From contig OX597814.1 of assembly GCA_951406725.2 (NCBI GenBank), positions 101,928,001-101,992,000 of the forward strand: 64,000 bases of DNA, in the 5' to 3' direction. How positions within the stretch are numbered: the first letter of the stretch is position 1; every line of letters starts with the position of its first letter. This stretch comes from Octopus vulgaris. Lineage: Eukaryota. Of the stretch, positions 56,347 through 64,000 are shown one piece after another. The position numbers and the translations under genes are program-made. Under the pieces are notes generated by a model that had not been told where the DNA came from, searched no databases, and was given only the letters and a program-made list of their open reading frames with translations.

Positions 56347-56450
56347 GGAGCATCCAGTCTGATGCCACCTCCAATAGCACCTGTTCGCAAGAAGAAACAA
56401 CGGTCTAAGACAATGTATTCCAGTAAAGAAAACTTGGATATGGACTTTGC
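56347..56450 (+). CDS. SOWAH: SOWAH-like exon (GASSLMPPPIAPVRKKKQRSKTMYSSKENLDMDF)
   Basis: T-rich acceptor ending gaag and gtaagt donor. Phase 0 to 2. Contains a Pro-rich motif followed by a basic cluster. Confidence 0.8.
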
Positions 56451-58468
56451 GTAAGTTACATCACAATATGTTTTTCTTTTCTTATTTTTCTAAATTTCAA
56501 CTTTTGTCATCATCTCCACCTTTGTCATAATGAAAGCATCTAGCCTGATGCTGTACTGTCTGCACCAACTTGACCAACTTCACATATGCATTTCTTTTGA
56601 TGCACAACCTTTTACACCAGTATCATTTAGTCATGGGCATCTCATATGGTATAACTCATATATAAAGCATCTATAAAATTATGAAACAATACAATAAAGT
56701 TAGTTGCTGTTAACTTTTTCAGGTCCATAGGCCTTGAAATGGGCACTGAAAGCTAAAACTTTCAAACTGTTAAACTGAACCAAAACTTTTCAGTTATATC
56801 ATAGCAAGCAATTGCTCTAACTTCTTTATAACTATTACAGCTATTTGGATTGATTCAATATGAGCAAGGACATGATTCAATACAGGCAACAGTTTTCAAG
56901 CTATTGAACTTTCAACAGTTTATATATGAAGTTAAACTGCCTTTTGTCTGTGTGTTCATTTTATTTGGTGCCAAATAACTGATGTAGCCCAAATAAAGGT
57001 CAGTAATTTTGTGATTTGAATGGTGGTGATAGTGGCAATAATTTTTCTTATCTTGTTTTCATCTTGGTGCAGGCATGATTGTGTGGTTAAGAAGTTCACC
57101 TTGCAACCACATGGTATTGGGTTCAGTCTCACTATGCAGTACCTTGAGCAAGTGTCTCCTAGTATAATCCCAGGCCCACCAAAGTTGTGTATGAGAATTT
57201 AGTTGATAGAAACTGTATGGAAGCTTGTCTCTTACACACACACATACATGTATGTATATATGTTTGTTCCCTCTTCCCCTCCTGACTACTTGTATTGGTT
57301 TGTTTACATCCCCATAACTTAAGTGATTGGATAAGAGATCAGTAGAATGAGTACCAGATTTAAAAACTAAATACTGGTTCAATTTGTTTGACCAAACCTT
57401 TCAAGGTGTTCCCCAGCATTGCCACTGAGCAATGTATATGATAAATAGATAACACAGAAATTTACTGTTAACTCCTTTGCTTCAGATTAATATATCAGCC
57501 AGTGTCACATGAGTCAGAATAAGTGAAATCAGCAATTGAGTATTAAGTAAGCATTCCAGTAAATACTTGTTAGTATTCCCATAACCTGTTACTTATTAAA
57601 AGTACCATTGAGGGTAGTAGAGTAGTTAAAACTTTAGAGCATCTAGTGGAATGTTTTGCAGTATTTGTTCTGACTGTTCACAATCTAAGTTCTAATCCCA
57701 CTGGGGTTAACTTTACGTTTTATCCCTCTGATCTCGGTATTTGACTGGTCAAAAGTACCAGTCAAATACAAAGGTCAGTTTGACTAATTCCCTCACCCAA
57801 ATATCTAAAATTAGAAACTAATACAAATACTACTAAAGACTACATCCTCCTCTCGTATGTAGGTCAGTTCAGTTCAAAAGTAAGGTTCAAATTCAGCACA
57901 GTAACCAAATGAGCTAGCCTTTACATGGTCACTCAACCTACTAGAAAAAGCAGCCAATTATCTCTCACATCATTCATTACTCTTTTCAGTCAAAAAAAAA
58001 GAAGAAAAAACCATGTTCAATTGTGTTGTCCTAGATCTATCCCTAAGAAAACAGGTTAATCATAGCAAAAAAAAACAGCCTTTGATCATACGTGTACTCT
58101 GTTAGAATTGACCTAAACCTTAACAACAGTATATGAATTGAAGACTAGTTCAAATATGTTTGTAAGATGTTTCAACCTGTCAAAATTTTTCGCTACAATT
58201 TGTCACAGAAGAGAAGTTCTTGCTTAAGACAAAAAGACATTAAAATACCACAGTGCTTTTTACTGGTTCAAATATCTCTCAGATATACTTGAACTGGTGC
58301 TAAGTTTATATAATTTCCTTTGCTGCTTCATGCATCTACTCAAGTATTTGTTCCAGCTTTGCAGCCAGTACACACAACCAGTAAATAATCCTTTCTGCTC
58401 TAAGTGCACAACCTGAAATTTTGTTGGGTGGGGTAGTTGATTATATTGAGCCCAATACTTGACTGGTA

Positions 58469-58916
58469 CAGGTTGTCATCGACTTACGACCACAGTTGGT
58501 TCCGACTGACTGGTCGTAAGTCAGCCTATAGGTCTACATAGCTTTGTTTTATATTTTTACGTTCTTAAGGTACATTCTCAGGTAAAAGTCACAGCATTCT
58601 GTATTATACCATTATACTTGCGTTAGTCAAAAATTTCGGAGTCTCAAGCAATCTTATAAGCAAATACAAAGTTGCCTCAATGTCTCTGTGACAGGATATT
58701 CATCCAACACTTGGGATAACCACAGTGGCAATCAATAACCAAACCTAGAGGAAACATTTGTTAGCTGACATTACCTGTAGATGGGTTAATTTCTAAGAAA
58801 TCAAACCCATTAGATTTCAGTTGGACTATTTATTATTGCTACCAGGAGCTGATGCACCAATTGTCGTAAAGTCAGTCAGTTGTAAGTCAGATAGGTCGTA
58901 AGTGAATGATGTCCTG
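58469..58916. mobile_element. Tigger/pogo-like non-autonomous DNA transposon, 448 bp, with TA target-site duplication
   Basis: TIRs are caggttgtcatcgacttacgacc and ggtcgtaagtgaatgatgtcctg. TA at 58467-68 and 58917-18 splits the SINE motif actggTActtatttc. Confidence 0.8.
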
Positions 58917-59299
58917 TACTTATTTCATTGACCCTGAAATGATGAAAGCAAAGTCGACCTTGGTAGAATTTGAAATGAGAATCCAAAAATGAATGAAATG
59001 CCCCTCAGTATTTTGTTTGTTATGCTAATGACTCTGCCACCTCGCCACCCTTTCAATCAGTAAATAATATTCACTGGTATCTGTCGCTTAAAAGAACTGA
59101 CAAGTTTGAAATGCATCCATCAATCCAATAGAGGGCATTCTTAGCTGACTCTGGTGTTTAAATACTTTTTTTTTTACTATGGCAAACTGCAGTGAAAAGC
59201 CTTTACAAGTTCAGATATCTCTCAAACATTTTTTTATATATACCCAGGCCTGTTCCCCATTTGTTTTTTTTAGGATTGGGTAGCCACATGACACACCAG

Positions 59300-60090
59300 T
59301 CATTCTATTCATTTTCCAGCTCAAAGGGGCCCCACCCCCATGCTCAGGTCAAGGCATAGAATGCAATCTCCAATATCAGCAGTGGGGCCTGACAGCATAT
59401 TTTGGTATATCCCTGCCGCATCATGCTGATTCCGTCTTCCTTTGAGCAATATTAATTCATTCATCTGTCCACAAACACTCCAAGATTTCCTATCATTTAT
59501 AAACTCTCTTGCCTCTCTCACTCCAGCACTTCTAATCACCAAAGCTTTCCTCACTTCATCTATCCACATGAACCAATGTCTGCCTCTAGTTCTGCTGCCT
59601 ACCACTTATACCTTCAGCACTCTCTTTACTATCCACTCCTTATCCATCCTTTCCATGTGGCCAAAACACCTCAACATTCGGTTATCCATTCTGGTTAGAT
59701 TTTCTCTCATTCCTGCTTGCCTTCATACCTCCTCATTCTGCATCCTGTCCATCCATGTCACACCAACCATAGCCTTAAACATCTCAGACACATCTAGTCG
59801 CCTCCTTTCCACTTCTCTCAGACCCCACATCTCTGTACCATATAACATTGTCAGCACAATCATGCCCTCATATACACCTCTTTTCGCTTTCATACTCAAC
59901 TTTTTATCTCTTAGCATACCTTTCACAACTCCAAGTATCTTACTCCCCTCCCTCACTCTATATCCCACTTCCTCAGCCAACCCTCAACCCCCCTCCACTG
60001 TCACATATGATCCTAGATACTTAAAAACACTCACCTCCTCTGACATCTCACCATATATACTCACATTCATCCCACTGGCCATTCCATCTC
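59300..60090 (-). mobile_element. RTE-clade LINE 3' fragment, decayed RT C-terminus
   Basis: Frameshifted ORFs EEVSVFKYLGS, KKLSMKAKRGVYEGMIVLTMLYGTEMW...RRRLDVSEM...GVTWMDRMQNEEV and GSRTRGR..MWID. Confidence 0.85.
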
Positions 60091-61092
60091 TCCTGGGTAT
60101 GACTGAACTACATCTGGTAGTGGGACCCTGGAGCCCTGGTTTCAGAGTTTGAGGAGTGTGGAACCACCTCTTGGCCACTATTGTTCCTGGGTCTACTCTG
60201 GCCTGGAGTGGTAGCACCTGTAAAGGTCCCAGCTATGGGTTAACTAGCAAACTCACCTGTGGCTGGGGGCGGAAGCAGTAGAATGCAGTTGGCTTATTCC
60301 CTGCAGGAGCAAGGGAACTGGGAATCCACTCCTAGAAATTTCTGCTCCTAAAAAGACAACAGGAAGAAGAAAAGGGGGTGGGAGAGGGTTAGCACCTAAT
60401 CTCTCAAACATACTTGAACTAAAGTTTGTATTCTTGCTTTCACTGCTTTGCACATCTGCTCCCATATTAACAACAGTATTTTCACTGTTTCCCATGGTAA
60501 TGTATATCTGTTCTTGCTACATAGTATCAACTCGATTGGTTGTGGGAAGGGGTAGAGCAGTGAGCGTTATGTCTTGGACTTGTTCAGTAAGAGTGATAAT
60601 GATGGTGTTTGCACTATTAAACCTTCGTTTGGTAGTCCTATGTCATACTAATTCAATCACTTATTGCTACTGCAAAATGTCATCACTACTGACTTGGTGA
60701 GCACATGCCTGTTTTCTGACAAAATGATTTTTTATATGTGTAGACAGGAGGCATCCAAAGAAAATGTAACTCTGAATATTCACTAAACATTTGCAACTAA
60801 CAAAGGAATCTCTATACTGTTGCTTGATGTGCATAACAATCAAATCTATGAATCATATTTTACTCTTATTAAAAAAAAAACAGACACACTGGGTAATAGT
60901 TAGTTCCAGAGATATAAAATATCTGAAATAAGGATAGAATCATCACAGCTGGAATACTTTCAGCAATAGATCTGCTTGATGAGGACTAACTTGGGGCTAG
61001 ACAACAATTAACTATTCCAACCACAAGGTATTACTACTTTTTATTTATACCACTTTCTTTTAGTTTATCCATTTATATTTTTGGCTTTTCAG

Positions 61093-61153
61093 GAACATAC
61101 GTTTACAACGGAAGGGCTCCAATGCATCACTGAACTCATCTTCATTTGTATAA
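61093..61153 (+). CDS. SOWAH: Terminal coding exon (ANIRLQRKGSNASLNSSSFV*)
   Basis: ttttcag acceptor. Phase 2 matches the previous donor. Ends in tandem TAA TAA. The six exons total 576 nt, or 192 codons. Confidence 0.75.
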
Positions 61154-61311
61154 TAACATGACTTTAGCCATAAATGTGACCAACCATGAAAAGCCTGAAT
61201 CCACAAGATGGGAGTGATATTTGGAAAGAAACACCAGCTTCAGGGTGGTCAATTAAAAACTGCTGCTGATTTATATGATCATTTATCATCTATTCATTTA
61301 TTCCAATCACT

Positions 61312-61317
61312 AATAAA
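61312..61317 (+). promoter_or_regulatory. Candidate polyadenylation signal AATAAA
   Basis: First AATAAA about 160 nt after the stop codon, with a T-rich tract at about 61410-61446. Confidence 0.4.
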
Positions 61318-63100
61318 ACAGTGAAATAACAACTTCATACCTGGCAATCTCTAGAATCTTCTTATTTATTTGGTCAATTGCAGCATTAATTTGTCATTTA
61401 TTCTATATGGTTTTTTTTTTTTGCTTTGTTGTTTTTTTTATTTTTTGTACCTTGCTGATGTAGTTAAATACATATATCTTTGTTTATCACAGGTTAGGTT
61501 CCAAAAACGAACAGTGATAAATTAATCATTTCCAAGCACTTTGTAAATGGAACAAATGGTAGATTTGCCACCCACAGCTACAAAGCTTTCAGTCATGTAT
61601 TTTCGTCCTCATCTCTACCTTTTCCTATAGAGAATATACTCATCTCCACTGTTATTAAGATTAGATGCCTTTGCATTTTGTTTTTGTTCCCCAGTTTTGT
61701 GTTAACAGGTATGTGTATATAGATCCATATAAACAGTACACAATCTCAGTTAGCCCATTGTCAGACTTTTCTCTTTCCCATTTTTATACATGAATATATA
61801 CACACCTTGCATAATGCCCCGTTTTCACATATATTTAAAAGGCTAAAATAATATATTATAAAATACCCATATTGGAAACAATTGAAGAAATATTTATAAA
61901 CACATAACCCACAAATTCTACCTCCATAAAACACATGGGTTAAAATTTCTACATATTAATCAGATTGCTTATAGAACAATGAACACCTAGAGAGAAACAT
62001 ACACCTACCCACATCTTTTTGTGAACGTCAAAGCACAAGATAAATATTTATACTAACAACACAATGACATACCTGACTAATAACCCCTATCTTCCAATAA
62101 AAACAGAAAATACTCTGAATACCTACAAGTAAAGAAACTGACCAACTAAAACATGTCAGTTACTTGCATAAAAAATTCATATACAAAAAGAGTTGGCACA
62201 CCTAATTACTAAGTTTTTAGATACTGATGTTTGTACCTTTAAACTTTACATTGTCAAAGCTAAGGATTTAATCCAATAAAATCAAAATGACTAAAACTAA
62301 CTGGTACAGCCTATAACTACTGACCAAAAGGGACACACGTAAATATGCATAACTGCCTACAAGGTTCTACTTACATGAATAAATTCTAAACAGTAATATA
62401 TCCCCAAATTTAATCAATAAAGATTTCTCCAAAACAGCACTCCATAACAACACATCCTAAAACGTAATTACTACTCCACTCAAACCCACACTCCCACAGA
62501 AAATGTGAAACCAAGATTAATGCATTGCAGTTTGACAATGGTTTAACTGGTTGAAACTGCAAAGTCACTGTCAATAATATTCTTGTTTATGATTGGATTA
62601 TCTACATTTCAAGCCAAAGAATGTGATGTACAGTATATCTTAATCTGAGAAATAACTTATATGTTGCCAACATACTTCACTGTATTTAAGTATTTATGTA
62701 TCTGTCATATATAAATATATATATATATATCTCAATAATACAGTGATTGTTTCTTATCAGGAACAAAATGTTTAATAGGACTGCTATAGAAGTGCTCAAT
62801 TGGATGAGACAAATATATCAAACTAAGGTTACAGAACAAACAAATGCAAGGTCATCCACATAACATTTCATATCTCGAACATTTAATCATAGAATATTCA
62901 TTTATAACATCACGGAAGATGAAACATAACTCATCTGTACAAGCATATAAGAAAGTACGAGAAAAATGTGTGAATACAGTTCATCACGGTTAAAAGTTAA
63001 TACTTTAGCGATTAAGAAATATATATTTTTTAAAAAACATTACAACACCTAGAAAATAAATACGTAAAAATATAGTATAAATTAATATATAAATGTATAT

Positions 63101-63143
<43 letters not shown>

Positions 63144-63266
63144 AAGCATATAAATAAGTAATATATGATATATAATGTAAAATAAAAGTTCATCGTTTAG
63201 AAAATCTTTTAAAAATTACTTTTCAAATAAAGGAAACCTATAGTTAAAAATAGGTTTTGCAATGGT

Positions 63267-63539
63267 TTATAGGGACTTTTCAGGATTGTAATCAATGTTC
63301 TGTTGAACTTGTTGGATAAATTCAGGTGTTCTGATGACTTCAGAGCATTTAGAATGCTTTTTATACTTTGCTAGTGGTGATATGTTTCCACCTTTAGTCT
63401 CTAACTCTTTACAAACTTTGTAGATGAAAGATCTGGCAACTTTTAAAAATCGAGATGTTTCTAAATCATTATGCTCAGCCTTTATAACCGCAATAACAGC
63501 ATGCCTCTTCATTTCTTGAGTAAGCTGAGGGTCTGCCAT
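63267..63539 (-). mobile_element. Tc1/mariner-superfamily transposase N-terminal fragment
   Basis: MKRHAVIAVIKAEHNDLETSRFLKVARSFIYKV...RTPEFIQQVQQNIDYNPEKS resembles the paired-like HTH and linker. Truncated, with no DDE/DDD domain seen. Confidence 0.65.
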
Positions 63540-63773
63540 TATTATTTTCTGAAAGAGAAATTATACAATGAATCCACTGGTGTATTACCTATATTTAATT
63601 ATGAGTGTTGATATTGATGCTCATAAATGGTAAGTAATCACAAAAATAAATTAAAGTTCATCAATATTCAAGGGAAGCAGAAAATGGAGATATGATTGAT
63701 GAATAACAATTGATTTATGCTGTGGGACTGAACCTGGGAACCATGTGGTTAGTATCTATCTATACATATATAT

Positions 63774-63898
63774 ATAGTTGGAATTTGCAAAAAACAAAAG
63801 ATGAAGATAGGTGTGTAAACAACAATCAGGTGAGAAAGTCTTTTACATTTCAAGCCTACGCTCTTCAACAGAAAGGAACACGAGAAAATAAACAGAGA
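63774..63898 (-). mobile_element. Second copy of the 18703-18865 repeat family
   Basis: Reverse complement reads tctctgtttattttctcgtgttcctttCTGTTGAagagcgtaggcttGAAAtgtaaaagactttctcacc. Adjacent to (TA)n. Confidence 0.55.
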
Positions 63899-63899
63899 T

Positions 63900-64000
63900 A
63901 TCAGGAAACCATGGTGGTCCTCTGGAAGACATTGGTCCTCTGGAAGACATTTAAGCCGCTTGACTATTGCTCCCAGCTATGGTCACCAACCAGTGTATAA
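63900..64000 (+). mobile_element. CR1-like RT fragment running off the window
   Basis: LWKTLVL...LDYCSQLWSP, with an internal 18-bp tandem duplication. Confidence 0.55.

Noticed and set aside
59442-60152. 236-aa + strand ORF
   Set aside because: It is the antisense shadow of the RTE LINE fragment on the minus strand.
62855-62905. Minus-strand aatgaatattc...gagatatGAAATGTTA resembling a hammerhead
   Set aside because: The CUGANGA box is absent and the stems are too decayed to support a call.

Overview
This is AT-rich, microsatellite-dense eukaryotic DNA. The SINE families and (TA)n/(CA)n/(ATT)n content suggest Octopus (coleoid cephalopod); this is inferred, not database-confirmed. Nearly all ORF-track entries are microsatellite artefacts. 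One host gene is supported: the 3' part of a + strand SOWAH/sosondowah-like ankyrin-repeat gene. Six GT-AG exons (12680-61153) splice with matching phases into 191 aa plus stop, ending ...SSSFV*. The rest is intronic or intergenic transposon debris: several tRNA-derived SINE families, fragments of CR1/L2-, RTE- and RLE-type LINEs, Tc1/mariner and Tigger-like MITEs, and a Helentron-like element. The most notable signals are: (i) minimal hammerhead-ribozyme-like motifs, the best with a palindromic stem III, in short cassettes beside (TA)n tracts (best at 471-518); (ii) a ~550 bp whole-length foldback palindrome and other dsRNA-forming hairpins in the pre-mRNA; (iii) candidate alternative cassette and terminal exons inside the 32.6 kb intron that would give short ankyrin-only isoforms. 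Repeat boundaries were read by eye and are approximate.
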